Source: Candidatus Latescibacterota bacterium
GTDB lineage: Bacteria; Latescibacterota; UBA2968; GCA-2709665
DNA length: 64,000 nt
NCBI GenBank assembly: GCA_965205485.1
Contig: OZ242180.1
Span: 2,464,001 to 2,528,000 of the forward strand
Direction: 5' to 3'
Part shown: positions 27,569 to 37,384 of the stretch, piece after piece
Position numbering within the stretch: the first letter of the stretch is position 1
How the letters are laid out: each line of letters opens with the position of its first letter
Position numbers and translations under genes: made by a program
Notes under the pieces: model-generated
Databases searched by the model: none
Seen by the model: only the letters and a program-made list of their open reading frames with translations
What the model was told of the DNA's origin: nothing

Positions 27569-28720
27569 TCACGGCCACAGAGCATCGGCGGCCAACAGGT
27601 TCGAGAAGTGGGAAAACGGAAGGATTTCGATACCGTCCGCGGTACGCAATTCAGGTCCTTCGGGATAGACCACAAGCCGGCGGCAAAGCCCCGGCAGCGC
27701 GGCCAGGGCCCTCAGTCCCTTGCACCAGGATTCCGCAAATGTCCCGCCGGATTTGACTTCGATAGCCACGAATTCCCCTGCGCGATTGAGCAGGAAGTCC
27801 ACCTCGGTCCGCGTCTGCGCGGCGGTCGACCAATAGAAGCATTCATCGCACAGATTACGGTAGTCCGTGTACGCCCGTATCAACTGGGCAATCAGGCCCT
27901 CGAATAGAGCGCCGCGTTCCTCCGGCACGGGAGGCATCGTCACCCTTTTCATCGCCCGTACAAGACCGGGGTCACACCAATACCACTTTGGCAATTTGCG
28001 TTCGCGCACGCGCAATCGTGTTTCATACGCAGGAAGTTGAAAACCAAGGAGCGTTTCCTCCAGAATCTCCAGATATCCGGTCACCGTGGTGCGTGCAACC
28101 TGAGCTTCCCTTGCGATGTTGGTCACGTTAAGGGTCTGGCCGTGAAAGAGCGCCGCAACGGGGAGAAAGCGCGCGAAGCCGGGCAGGTTGCGCACCAGCG
28201 CCTCGGCCTGTACCTCCTCTTTGAGGTACATTTGCGCATAGGCAACCAGTGTCTCTGCCCTGTCCTCCGAATCCCATACGATGGGCAGCAGTCCGTGTTG
28301 TAAAGCGTCGTGGAGTACGAACTGTTCTCCCAACTCCTCGGGAGTAAAGGGATGCATCGCGCGATTCAGGGCACGGCCGGCGAGAAGGTTGACACCTGCG
28401 CGTTTGAGTTTTCTTGCGCTGGACCCGCACAATACAAACCGCATCCGCCGCTCTTCGATAAAACGGTGTACTTCGTTAAGCAGCGCCGGCAATCTTTGAA
28501 TTTCGTCCAGAACCACCCACCGGTCACCCGGTACGGCTCGTAGTTCCGCGGCTAGGAGACCCGGATTCGCAAGCAGGCGTTGGTACGTATCCTCGGCAAG
28601 CAGATTCACGACGTGCGCATCCGGGAACGCCAATCGCAGATAGGTGCTTTTCCCAACGCCGCGAGGTCCCAGGAGAAAGAAGCTCTTCCGGGGAGCGTCA
28701 AATATGCGTGGTATTGTCAT
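27569..28720 (-). CDS. AAA_14 ATPase + DUF4143 (PD-(D/E)xK-like) protein
   Basis: GPRGVGKST, LDEIQR, CGSS, LAGR, KWYWCDPG, LFEG, EVDF, AIEVK. Confidence 0.9.
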   Translation of the reverse strand: MTIPRIFDAPRKSFFLLGPRGVGKSTYLRLAFPDAHVVNLLAEDTYQRLLANPGLLAAELRAVPGDRWVVLDEIQRLPALLNEVHRFIEERRMRFVLCGSSARKLKRAGVNLLAGRALNRAMHPFTPEELGEQFVLHDALQHGLLPIVWDSEDRAETLVAYAQMYLKEEVQAEALVRNLPGFARFLPVAALFHGQTLNVTNIAREAQVARTTVTGYLEILEETLLGFQLPAYETRLRVRERKLPKWYWCDPGLVRAMKRVTMPPVPEERGALFEGLIAQLIRAYTDYRNLCDECFYWSTAAQTRTEVDFLLNRAGEFVAIEVKSGGTFAESWCKGLRALAALPGLCRRLVVYPEGPELRTADGIEILPFSHFSNLLAADALWP

Positions 28721-28729
28721 TTGACTATG

Positions 28730-28789
28730 TTGTCGTCATTTTTCGCAGCAATTTGACGACAATATATACAAATTTCACAACAATGTCAA
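28730..28789 (-). promoter_or_regulatory. sigma70 promoter of the AAA gene with overlapping inverted-repeat operator
   Basis: Minus-strand TTGACA(28789-28784)-17-TATATT; IR TTGTCGTCA(28730)-N15-TGACGACAA(28762). Confidence 0.7.
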
Positions 28790-28931
28790 GATCTGGCCCT
28801 GCTCTACTGTAGCAATGTTCGAGGTCGGCATCTAAATCAAATGGTGATCTCATACAGGGGGCAGCAACGGCGATCCTGATTGCAAGAAATGGGCTCTGGA
28901 TTCATCCATGTGTGACCGAAGATAGAATATT

Positions 28932-28959
28932 TGAAACCTCCATGCCCCTGTTGCGTCTA
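28932..28959 (+). promoter_or_regulatory. ECF sigma-type promoter
   Basis: TGAAAC-N16-CGTCTA matches the SigW/SigX-like consensus TGAAAC-N16-CGTn. Confidence 0.6.
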
Positions 28960-28964
28960 AGCGG

Positions 28965-29035
28965 TTACAACCATGCTACATCCCTCCCGAAAGACGTCGA
29001 TCGTACCCAGTGCGGCCGGCGTCTTTTTTATTTTT
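28965..29035 (+). ncRNA. Candidate small regulatory RNA (~70 nt)
   Basis: Lies between the ECF promoter and the terminator hairpin AAAGACGTCGATCG..CGGCCGGCGTCTTT + T-tract; carries an anti-SD TCCCTCCC; no RBS-led ORF. Confidence 0.5.
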
Positions 29036-29203
29036 CGTCATAGACCCGGAAACGGGGTCAGGGTGTTATTGAACGGCCGGGAAAGTCCTGTTGCGCGCCC
29101 TTCCCGCTACTCGTATTTTATGCTTGATTAGAGTGAGCGTTCAGCCCCCTGAAGCTTGACAATTCCCTTCACGTTACCCCTCGGATCAATAGCAGAGAAG
29201 CCT

Positions 29204-30121
29204 ATGCGCAGGATTCAACTCCAGCAGGTCACGAAAACCTTCGATGGCGTCACGGCGGTGGACGGGTTGGATCTGGACATCGCCGCGGGAGAGACATTCG
29301 GTCTGCTGGGTCCCAACGGCGCGGGCAAGACCACGACGATTCGAACCATCCTTGGAATATACGGGCCGGATTCGGGCACCATCGATTACGGCAACGGTGG
29401 AACGGGCCTGTCGAGGGACCGGATCGGCTACCTGCCCGAAGAACGGGGGCTGTATCCCAAGATGCGGGTTATGGACCTGCTTGTGTTTCTCGGGGAGATC
29501 AAGTCGCTCTCCCGGTCGGAAGCGGCAGGCCGCGCGGGAGAATGGCTCGAACGGATGGGCCTGTCGGAATGGTCGAACCGGCGCGTGGATCAGCTTTCCA
29601 AGGGTATGCAGCAGAAGCTGCAGTTCATCGCAACCGTCATGCATGACCCCGATCTATTGATTCTCGACGAGCCGTTCAGCGGGTTGGATCCGATCAACGT
29701 GGCCGTCCTGAAAGAGATCATGCAGACCCTGACGTCCGAGGGCAAGATTCTCATCTTTTCCACGCATCAGATGGAGGATGCGGAAGCGCTCTGCGACCGG
29801 ATCTGTCTGATCAACCGCGGTCGGAAGGTACTTGACGGCACGGTAACGGAATTGAAGTCCCGTTATACAAGAAACAGGTTGCGTATTGCGTTTGAGGGGA
29901 GTGGCGATTTTCTCGAGAATACGAATCTGGTTCGGCACGCGGAACACCGCGGGAATCACGTGGAGGTCGAACTCCAGACGGGCGCGGATCCGGGCGACCT
30001 GCTGAGAACGGCGCTTTCCGCGGCTCGGATCCACCGGTTCGAAGTCTCGGAGCCCTCGCTTAGAGATATCTTTTTAATGGCTGTCGGCGGAGAAGATTCG
30101 GGAGGGGAGCAGGATGAATAA
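29204..30121 (+). CDS. ABC-2 type transporter ATP-binding protein (DUF4162 C-terminus)
   Basis: GPNGAGKTT, GYLPEERGLY, LSKGMQQK, LDEPFSGLD, STH; own promoter TTGCGC(29091)-17-TATTTT. Confidence 0.93.
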   Translation: MRRIQLQQVTKTFDGVTAVDGLDLDIAAGETFGLLGPNGAGKTTTIRTILGIYGPDSGTIDYGNGGTGLSRDRIGYLPEERGLYPKMRVMDLLVFLGEIKSLSRSEAAGRAGEWLERMGLSEWSNRRVDQLSKGMQQKLQFIATVMHDPDLLILDEPFSGLDPINVAVLKEIMQTLTSEGKILIFSTHQMEDAEALCDRICLINRGRKVLDGTVTELKSRYTRNRLRIAFEGSGDFLENTNLVRHAEHRGNHVEVELQTGADPGDLLRTALSAARIHRFEVSEPSLRDIFLMAVGGEDSGGEQDE

Positions 30122-31370
30122 AGTATTGACCATCGTCCGCCGTGAATTCATAGAGATCGTACGCAAAAAGAGTTTCCTGATCGGTCTGTTCCTGGTGCCG
30201 GTATTCGTCGTGGCCAGTATTCTCGTACCCGTCCTTCTGGCGCGCGTAGACATGGGCAAGCAGAAGCGTATCGCGGTGGTCGACCAGACCGGGATCCTGT
30301 ATCAGCCCCTTGAAGCCCGCCTGGACGAACGACTCGAGGACGGACGACCGGAATATCTGTTGCAGGAAGTTCGGCCAGGTCCCGATCTGGAAACCACGCG
30401 GCGTCAGCTCACCTCCGAGATCAACGCCGGAGAACTGGACGCCTACCTGGTGGTGCCTCCCGAGATCTTCGAAAAAAGCGAGGCCGGATTCTACGGTAAA
30501 AACGTGAGCGATATCCAACAGGTCGGGCGATTGCGGAGCGCCTTGAGTCAGATCGTGGTTGCCCACAGGCTCGCGCAGCGCGGGCTGGACCCGGAATCGG
30601 TGAGAAAATGGACCCGTCGGGTGCAGTTGCAGACGCTTAAAATCGTCAAGGGCAAGGAAAAGAAGAGCGGGTTTGCCCGGGAATATTTCACTTCGTTCGC
30701 ATTTGCCATGCTGCTTTATATGGTAACCATTATCTATGGCATTATGGTGATGCGCGGCGTCCTGGAAGAGAAGTCCACCCGCATGGTTGAGGTGATGCTC
30801 TCGTCGGTCGATCCACTGCAGATGATGGCGGGCAAGATTCTGGGTATTGGCGCCGCCAGTCTGGTTCAGGTTACGGTGTGGATCGGCGTGGGTCTGCTGG
30901 CCACGGCGTATGGCAGGATGGCATTCGGTCCCAATCTGCCCTTCGCGATCGAAACGGGTATGGTGGTCTACTTCGGCGTCTATTTTGTCCTGGGTTATTT
31001 TCTGTATGCCACACTCTACGCGATTATCGGCGCAATCTGCGATACCGAACAGGATGCGCAGCACCTGCAGATCCTCGTGATCGTGCCGATGATCCTCTCG
31101 CTGCTTGCAATGACGTTCATTACCCGGCAGCCGGGCGCCACGCCATCCGTGGTGATGTCGCTGATTCCGTTTTTTGCGCCAATGATCATGATCGTCAGGG
31201 TGAACGTCCTCACGCCGCCGTGGATCGAAATCGCGGCGTCCATCCTGATTCTGATCGGCACGATTGCCGGGGTGATGTGGGCGGCCGCGCGGATCTACCG
31301 GATCGGGATTCTGATGCGGGGCAAACGGGCCACGTTGAAGGAGATGGTTCGTTGGGTTCGGTACGGATAG
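30114..31370 (+). CDS. ABC-2 permease (NatB/YhaP-like)
   Basis: REF...VRKKSF, large extracytoplasmic loop, EEKSTRMVEVMLSS, GKILG, multiple TM helices. Confidence 0.92.
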   Translation: MNKVLTIVRREFIEIVRKKSFLIGLFLVPVFVVASILVPVLLARVDMGKQKRIAVVDQTGILYQPLEARLDERLEDGRPEYLLQEVRPGPDLETTRRQLTSEINAGELDAYLVVPPEIFEKSEAGFYGKNVSDIQQVGRLRSALSQIVVAHRLAQRGLDPESVRKWTRRVQLQTLKIVKGKEKKSGFAREYFTSFAFAMLLYMVTIIYGIMVMRGVLEEKSTRMVEVMLSSVDPLQMMAGKILGIGAASLVQVTVWIGVGLLATAYGRMAFGPNLPFAIETGMVVYFGVYFVLGYFLYATLYAIIGAICDTEQDAQHLQILVIVPMILSLLAMTFITRQPGATPSVVMSLIPFFAPMIMIVRVNVLTPPWIEIAASILILIGTIAGVMWAAARIYRIGILMRGKRATLKEMVRWVRYG

Positions 31371-31378
31371 GAGGTTTC

Positions 31379-32143
31379 ATGCCAAATCTGATCGCCTGCA
31401 ATCTGAACAGCTATCGACAGTATCGGGACGGCGCGTTCGAACATCTTGCGCGGATCGGTCTGACCCACGTGGAAATTCCATGTCCCGAGCCCGAAGAAAG
31501 GGATGCGGTTCAGCGTGAACTGGACCGTTTCGGACTGCGCGCGTCCAGTCTGATCATTCGCTGTGAGATGCACGCGGACGACGTGGTCCAGAGGTTCGCG
31601 CACGCACTGAATACCGTGGCGGAGATGGGGGTCGGCCTGGTGTTCACGAGCGTAAAGACCGGAGGCGTAGACCGGGATTTCGTCTACGGCAGACTGCAGG
31701 ATATCGGTGACGCGGCGGCCGAACGGGGGATTGTCGTGGCGATGGAAACGCATCCTGATCTGGTTACGAATGCCGACGTGGCGCTGGAGACGATGCGGAA
31801 CGTGAATCATCCCAATATCGGCATCAATTTCGATACGGCGAACGTCCACTATTATAACGAGGGCGTGGATTCGGTCGAGCAGTTTCGAAAGGTATCGCAC
31901 GCGGTGGCAGCCGTACATCTGAAGGATACGAACGGCGCCTTTCAGACCTGGCACTTCCCCGCACTTGGCGAGGGCATCGTGGATTTTCCATCTATATTCG
32001 AGATCTTCGCCAGCCACGGACGCAACGGGCCCTATACGCTGGAACTTGAGGGCATCCAGGGTGAATCGCTGACGCGGCGCGAAGTGGAACAACGCGTCGA
32101 GCAGTCGATGGATTACCTTCGCACCCGCGGGCTGGTGGGCTGA
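31379..32143 (+). CDS. Sugar phosphate isomerase/epimerase (TIM barrel)
   Basis: GGAGG RBS; METHP, NFDTAN, VHLKD, LGEGIVDF, LELE. Confidence 0.88.
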   Translation: MPNLIACNLNSYRQYRDGAFEHLARIGLTHVEIPCPEPEERDAVQRELDRFGLRASSLIIRCEMHADDVVQRFAHALNTVAEMGVGLVFTSVKTGGVDRDFVYGRLQDIGDAAAERGIVVAMETHPDLVTNADVALETMRNVNHPNIGINFDTANVHYYNEGVDSVEQFRKVSHAVAAVHLKDTNGAFQTWHFPALGEGIVDFPSIFEIFASHGRNGPYTLELEGIQGESLTRREVEQRVEQSMDYLRTRGLVG

Positions 32144-32155
32144 GGCGTTGTTTCC

Positions 32156-33118
32156 ATGATCCTTGCGGTGGATATCGGCGGTACCAATTTCAGCCTCGCG
32201 CTGGGAACGCCGGACGGGCGCATTCTAAAGCGGACGACCGGTTCCACCGATCGCTCCGGCGGCGCCGCGTGGATGCTGGAGCGGGTCGTGAGAGTCGGGC
32301 GCCGATTGATTGCGTCATCCCCCGAAGTCGTGTCCGCTTGCGGAATCAGTTTCGGCGGCCCCGTGGATTTCGCATCCCAGCGGATCGTCAATTCCACGCA
32401 CGTGGCGGGTTGGGACGGCGTGGCCATTCCCGAGACCATTCAAACAAACCTCGGGATACCGGCAGTTGTGGACAACGATGCCAACGCGGGCGCGCTGGGC
32501 GAATTGACGTTCGGCGCGGGCCGGGGCTGCCGCCACCTGGTCTATTACAACATCGGCACGGGTATCGGCGCGGGAATCATCATCGACGGGGAGATCTACC
32601 GTGGCGCCAACGGCAACGCGGGGGAACTGGGACACGTGCCGGTGCTTCCGGATGGTCCGCTTTGCGATTGCGGCAACAGGGGGTGTCTCGAAGCGCTCGC
32701 TTCAGGCACGGCAATCGGGCGACGCGGGGAGGCGGCCGTACGCACGCAGACCGGAAGGGGCGGCGGCATCCGCCAGGCCGCGGGAGGTTCCGTTACGGCC
32801 AGGGCGGTCTTCGATGCCGCTCGGGAGGGCGACGGGCTGGCCCTTGAACTCGTGAACGAGACGTGCCGCTATCTGGGCATGGGCGTTGCGGCGGCAATGA
32901 ATGCGCTCGCGCCCGAAGCCATTGTGATAGGCGGCAGCGTGGCCAAAGCCGGCAGGGTGCTCCTGGCGCCTTTGCGGGAACAAACCGACCGGTTTCTGAT
33001 GCCGGTGCACAGGCCCCATCTCAGGATTCTTCCCGCCCGGCTGAAGGGCAACTCCGGACTGTTGGGCGCGGTGGCTCTGGCCGCTGCATTAGAGACCGGA
33101 TGTCACGCCGCGGACTGA
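32156..33118 (+). CDS. ROK family sugar kinase
   Basis: VDIGGT, DNDANAGALGE, GTGIGAG, GELGH, CDCGNRGCLE Zn motif. Confidence 0.93.
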   Translation: MILAVDIGGTNFSLALGTPDGRILKRTTGSTDRSGGAAWMLERVVRVGRRLIASSPEVVSACGISFGGPVDFASQRIVNSTHVAGWDGVAIPETIQTNLGIPAVVDNDANAGALGELTFGAGRGCRHLVYYNIGTGIGAGIIIDGEIYRGANGNAGELGHVPVLPDGPLCDCGNRGCLEALASGTAIGRRGEAAVRTQTGRGGGIRQAAGGSVTARAVFDAAREGDGLALELVNETCRYLGMGVAAAMNALAPEAIVIGGSVAKAGRVLLAPLREQTDRFLMPVHRPHLRILPARLKGNSGLLGAVALAAALETGCHAAD

Positions 33119-33778
33119 ATGAGTTGCGACGCGGAGGCGGATATCGAGAACGGATTGACATACGATCCCGATGAAGCGGTTGCGGCGCTGTCAAGGGTGG
33201 ACGCCTCGCTGGGACGTCTGATGGAACGGGCGGGACCATGCCTCCTGGAAGCGCGGGCCCCGTACCATCCGTTTCGTTCATTGATGCGTTCGATCATCTA
33301 CCAGCAGCTTTCGGGCAAGGCGGCCGGAACCATCTACGGCCGCGTTCTGGATCTGTTTCCCGACAAAACGCATCCTGAGCCGGAACAGGTCCTGGCTGTC
33401 CCGGCCGAGGCGTTCCGCGGCGCCGGGATGTCCCGGGCCAAGGTGGCGGCGGTGAAGGATCTTGCCGAAAAGACGCTCGAAGGCGCGGTCCCATCGGGGC
33501 GGCGGCTGAACGGAATGCCTGACGACGAGATCATCAGCCGGTTCACACGCGTCCGGGGGGTTGGCGAGTGGACCGTGCAGATGATGCTTATATTCGATCT
33601 GGGCCGGGGGGACGTGCTGCCCGTCAAGGACCTGGGCGTAAGGAAGGGTTTCATGTTCACGTACGGGTTGAGCCAACTGCCCGACCATGCGGAGCTTCTG
33701 GAACACGGGGAAATCTGGCGTCCGTACCGGTCCGTGGCGAGCTGGTACTTCTGGCGGGCCGTGGAGCTGGACGGGTAA
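33119..33778 (+). CDS. alkA: DNA-3-methyladenine glycosylase II (HhH-GPD)
   Basis: SIIYQQLSGKAA, RGVGEWT HhH, DVLP..DLG, WRPYRS.ASWY. Confidence 0.88.
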   Translation: MSCDAEADIENGLTYDPDEAVAALSRVDASLGRLMERAGPCLLEARAPYHPFRSLMRSIIYQQLSGKAAGTIYGRVLDLFPDKTHPEPEQVLAVPAEAFRGAGMSRAKVAAVKDLAEKTLEGAVPSGRRLNGMPDDEIISRFTRVRGVGEWTVQMMLIFDLGRGDVLPVKDLGVRKGFMFTYGLSQLPDHAELLEHGEIWRPYRSVASWYFWRAVELDG

Positions 33779-33891
33779 CGAAAACCCGAATGGACATCAA
33801 CCGGACGACAGGAATCCCGCTGCGCGGATCGGGACGAGAGATGAGAACGGAGAGTCAGATTCCGCGGTATTGAACCCGACGAGGAGAACTC

Positions 33892-34935
33892 ATGGCGGGA
33901 AAGACCTATCGCGCCGGGATTGTCGGTCTCGGCTTCATCGGTGGCGCGGACCAGGTGTCGGGCGACGCAATAGGTCAGGTGGTGAGCGACCTGGACGGGA
34001 CCCATGCCGATGCGTTGCGCGGGCATTCCCGGGTCGTACTGGCGTCCGGGTCCAGCCGGGACAGGGGACGCAGGGAGCGCTTTGAGGCACGCACGGGCGT
34101 GTCAACGTACGCCGATTGGCGCGAGATGCTGGCCGCGGAGTCGCTCGATATCGTAAGCGTGGCCACCTATGCGCCCGTTCATGCCGACGTCACGGTCGCA
34201 TGCGCCGGGCAGGGCGTGCGCGCCGTCTATTGCGAAAAGCCCGTCGCGACCCGGGCCTCGGACGCCGAGCGCATGTTGAGGGCGTGCGACGCCACCGGTA
34301 CGCTCCTCGTTGTGAACCACAACCGGCGGTTTCAGACCAACGCCCGGCGTCTGCGGGACCTCATCACCGGCGGCGCACTGGGAGAACTGACGTCCGCGTC
34401 CATGCAATGGGGTTCGGGCCGGCTTGGCAACGTGGGTACGCATTTCATCGATACCATGCAGATGTTGACGGGGCGGGCTGTCGAGGCCGTATCGGGAACA
34501 CTGGACCTCTCGGGAAGGCCGGATTGCCGAGGGGCTCAGTTCCGGGATCCTGGCGGCTGGGGCATGCTGCGCCTGGAGCGAGGACTGATCTGCACGGTAG
34601 ACGCCGCGGATTATGGGACGCTGCCGCCGCGGATTTCCGTCCATGGTACGGAGGGCTCCGCCGTGCTTGACGGTAGGGACGTGATCATCGAGTTCAGGGA
34701 CGGGCGGGGGGAAGCCTGGACGGATCGTGCGGACTCTGAATCTTCAATGGCCAGGGCGGTGGGTGAGATTGTGGATTGGCTGGATGGTGAAGCGGCCTTT
34801 CCGTACGCGGCATCGGAAGCCGCGCGGACGCTGGAGGCGATTGTGGGTTTTCACGTCTCCCATGCCGGAAACGGCTCATGGGTTGATTTGCCGCTGACGG
34901 GGCAGGACCGTGATCGCGAGGTCTTGAGCGGATAG
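33892..34935 (+). CDS. Gfo/Idh/MocA oxidoreductase
   Basis: GIVGLG.IG, CEKP, NHNRRF, GTHFID. Confidence 0.9.
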   Translation: MAGKTYRAGIVGLGFIGGADQVSGDAIGQVVSDLDGTHADALRGHSRVVLASGSSRDRGRRERFEARTGVSTYADWREMLAAESLDIVSVATYAPVHADVTVACAGQGVRAVYCEKPVATRASDAERMLRACDATGTLLVVNHNRRFQTNARRLRDLITGGALGELTSASMQWGSGRLGNVGTHFIDTMQMLTGRAVEAVSGTLDLSGRPDCRGAQFRDPGGWGMLRLERGLICTVDAADYGTLPPRISVHGTEGSAVLDGRDVIIEFRDGRGEAWTDRADSESSMARAVGEIVDWLDGEAAFPYAASEAARTLEAIVGFHVSHAGNGSWVDLPLTGQDRDREVLSG

Positions 34936-34984
34936 GTATCTGCTCCGGGACGCGGGCGCATCCGCGGGGATTCTCTGTTCGAGG

Positions 34985-35758
34985 TCACCGCTGGGGCGGT
35001 CCGTACCTGGAGATGGCGTCGTTGGACCCCACGGGACACGGGTATTGGTCGGCCGTCTGTCTCTCGCCGAGTTGGGGATTGCCCAGCGCATTGTAGCAGA
35101 TGATGAAGGAACGCCGATGGCGGCTGGAGGTGTTGGGCGTTGAGGAATGGAGAAGGTTGCAGTCGAAGAAGAGGACCGAACCCGGTGGCATCTCGCAGTT
35201 GATGCAATCGAACAGGGGTTCGATCTCCGTAATCCTTGCGGGATCCGTGCCGGTCTGGGTTCCGATTCTGACGTGGTCCAGCCGTCCGAGGCGATGGGAT
35301 CCGCGAAGGACCCGCAGGCAGCCGTTTTCCCGCGTGCATTCGTCCAGGGCGATGAACGCGCTGATCATCCGTGGAAAGACGAAACCCTGGCTGTACCAGT
35401 AACCGTAGTCCTGGTGCCACTCCCACGCCCCCCCTTCATGGGCGTCTTTGAACATCACCTTGCCGTGGAAGAAGGCGACCTCTTCACCCAGCAGGATGCG
35501 GATATTGTTGACAATGCGGGGACACGTGGAAACCGCGGTCCAGATGTCGTCTCCCAGTTCGTGCCAGATCGAGAGCCTGGAACTCATTCCCGACGCGTCC
35601 GTCGTTGCGCGCGTATTCTCCGCTACCCGCGCCCCGGTTTCAACCGCGTCGATCAGGATGCGGACTTCGTCTTCGCTGAAGAGGCTGTCCGACATGACGT
35701 ATCCGTTCCTGCGAAAACCGGCAACTGCATCGGGATCCAGGTATTCCGGAACCTCCAT
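34985..35758 (-). CDS. PhyH-family Fe(II)/2-oxoglutarate dioxygenase (ectoine/proline hydroxylase-like)
   Basis: AWEWHQDYGYW, ENGCL.V..GSH, LLHSS.PN, RR. Confidence 0.9.
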   Translation of the reverse strand: MEVPEYLDPDAVAGFRRNGYVMSDSLFSEDEVRILIDAVETGARVAENTRATTDASGMSSRLSIWHELGDDIWTAVSTCPRIVNNIRILLGEEVAFFHGKVMFKDAHEGGAWEWHQDYGYWYSQGFVFPRMISAFIALDECTRENGCLRVLRGSHRLGRLDHVRIGTQTGTDPARITEIEPLFDCINCEMPPGSVLFFDCNLLHSSTPNTSSRHRRSFIICYNALGNPQLGERQTADQYPCPVGSNDAISRYGPPQR

Positions 35759-35979
35759 TTTTCGGCCTTTCTTCCATTAATCAGTCTGGTCTGAATATCG
35801 TAGTTGACGCTCCGCGCCGGCAGTGTGCGTAAAGATTTCAGATCAATATAAAGGCTGCGGCGCTGATTCGCAAACGGGGATGTTTGAATCTCCGTCCGGG
35901 AATATACGCCGCGCGCATTGCGCATGGGGACGTCGCAGGGACGCGTCGAGTTTCCGCGTTAACCCTTTCGGGAGTCTGG

Positions 35980-36375
35980 ATGTCCGGTCGCAAAATACGC
36001 ATTCTGATTGCAAAGGTCGGTCTGGACGGGCATGACCGGGGCGCCAAGGTGGTGGCGCGCGCGCTGCGGGATGCGGGAATGGAGGTCATTTATACCGGCC
36101 TGCACCGCACGCCTGACGAGGTGGTGACCGCCGCGATCCAGGAAGACGTGGACGTACTGGGAATCAGTTCTCTCTCAGGGGCCCATCTGACGATTTTCCC
36201 GAAAGTAATGGATCTCCTCAGGGAGCGTGAAGCGGACGACATTCTGGTGGTCGGCGGCGGCATCATGGCGCCGGCGGACCAGGAGGCGCTCAAGGCCAGA
36301 GGGCTTGCATTCTTCTGGGGCCCAGGGACCCATACCGGCGATATTGTCGCGTGTCTCCGGGAAGCCGTGAAATGA
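35980..36375 (+). CDS. Cobalamin-binding subunit of methylmalonyl-CoA mutase family
   Basis: KVGLDGHDRGAK (DxHxxG), SSLSGAH, VGGGI. Confidence 0.93.
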   Translation: MSGRKIRILIAKVGLDGHDRGAKVVARALRDAGMEVIYTGLHRTPDEVVTAAIQEDVDVLGISSLSGAHLTIFPKVMDLLREREADDILVVGGGIMAPADQEALKARGLAFFWGPGTHTGDIVACLREAVK

Positions 36376-37304
36376 GAGATCTGGCCGGGCGAGTCCTCGC
36401 GGGCGATATTCGCGCCGCCGCACGGGCCATTTCGCTCATCGAGAGACGTGAAAACGACCTGGCGTCCCTGCTGGCAGACCTGTACCCTTCAACGGGCGGC
36501 GCATACCGGATCGGCATCACCGGACCGCCGGGCGCGGGCAAAAGTACGCTCGCGGGGTGTCTCGCACGGCGCTTTGCGGCAGCCGGAAGGGCTGTCGGCG
36601 TTCTGGCCGTGGATATCACCAGCCCGTTTTCCGGGGGCGCCCTTCTGGGCGATCGTATCCGGATGCAGGAACTGTCGGAAGACCCGGCGGTGTTCATTCG
36701 AAGCATGGGCAACGAAGGTCTGCCGGGAGGGCTGTGCAGTGCGGCGCGGGACGCGATACGCGTGATGGAAGCGATGGGTAAGGACCTGGTGCTCGTGGAG
36801 ACCGCGGGGGTGGGGCAGACCGACGTGGACGTGACCCATTGCGTGGATGCCGTTGTGCTGACCCTGGTACCGGAGTCGGGCGATGAGATCCAGTTGTTGA
36901 AAGCCGGCGTGATGGAAATCGCGGACGTCATTGCCCTGAACAAGTCCGACCGGCCGGGGGCGACAGGACTGGCAGCAGAACTGAGAGAATCCCTCCATGC
37001 GCGGGGCGAGCTCGACGGCTGGGAAACGCGGCTCGTTCGTACGGTCGGGAAAGACGGGGAGGGCCTGACCGAGCTATATGAGGCGCTCGAGGCGTACTCG
37101 CGCCATCTGAAAACCGGCGCCAGATTGGCGGACTTGCGCGAGAGACAGATCCGCCGGGAATTGCGGGAGCGCGTGGAGGCCGGTCTGGCTTTCAGACTGA
37201 ATGCGGCACTGGCGCGGGAATGCCTGGATCGCGCCGTTGCCAGGATCCGTGCGGGAGAAGACGATCCTTACTATGCCGCCGAGAGGCTGTTGTGTAAAAT
37301 GTGA
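36372..37304 (+). CDS. meaB: MeaB/ArgK G-protein chaperone of B12 mutases
   Basis: GITGPPGAGKST, SPFSGGALLGDRIRM, VETAGVGQ, KAGVMEIAD, NKSD. Confidence 0.92.
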   Translation: MRDLAGRVLAGDIRAAARAISLIERRENDLASLLADLYPSTGGAYRIGITGPPGAGKSTLAGCLARRFAAAGRAVGVLAVDITSPFSGGALLGDRIRMQELSEDPAVFIRSMGNEGLPGGLCSAARDAIRVMEAMGKDLVLVETAGVGQTDVDVTHCVDAVVLTLVPESGDEIQLLKAGVMEIADVIALNKSDRPGATGLAAELRESLHARGELDGWETRLVRTVGKDGEGLTELYEALEAYSRHLKTGARLADLRERQIRRELRERVEAGLAFRLNAALARECLDRAVARIRAGEDDPYYAAERLLCKM

Positions 37305-37384
37305 ATCCTTGTCGATCGTACTGACGGGAGGCACGCCGTCAACCCCGAAACGCGGGACAACAGGTTGATCGTGAGGCCCAACCG

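Noticed and set aside
35760..35979. Cobalamin riboswitch upstream of the B12-binding gene
   Set aside because: B12-box and other conserved riboswitch motifs not recognisable
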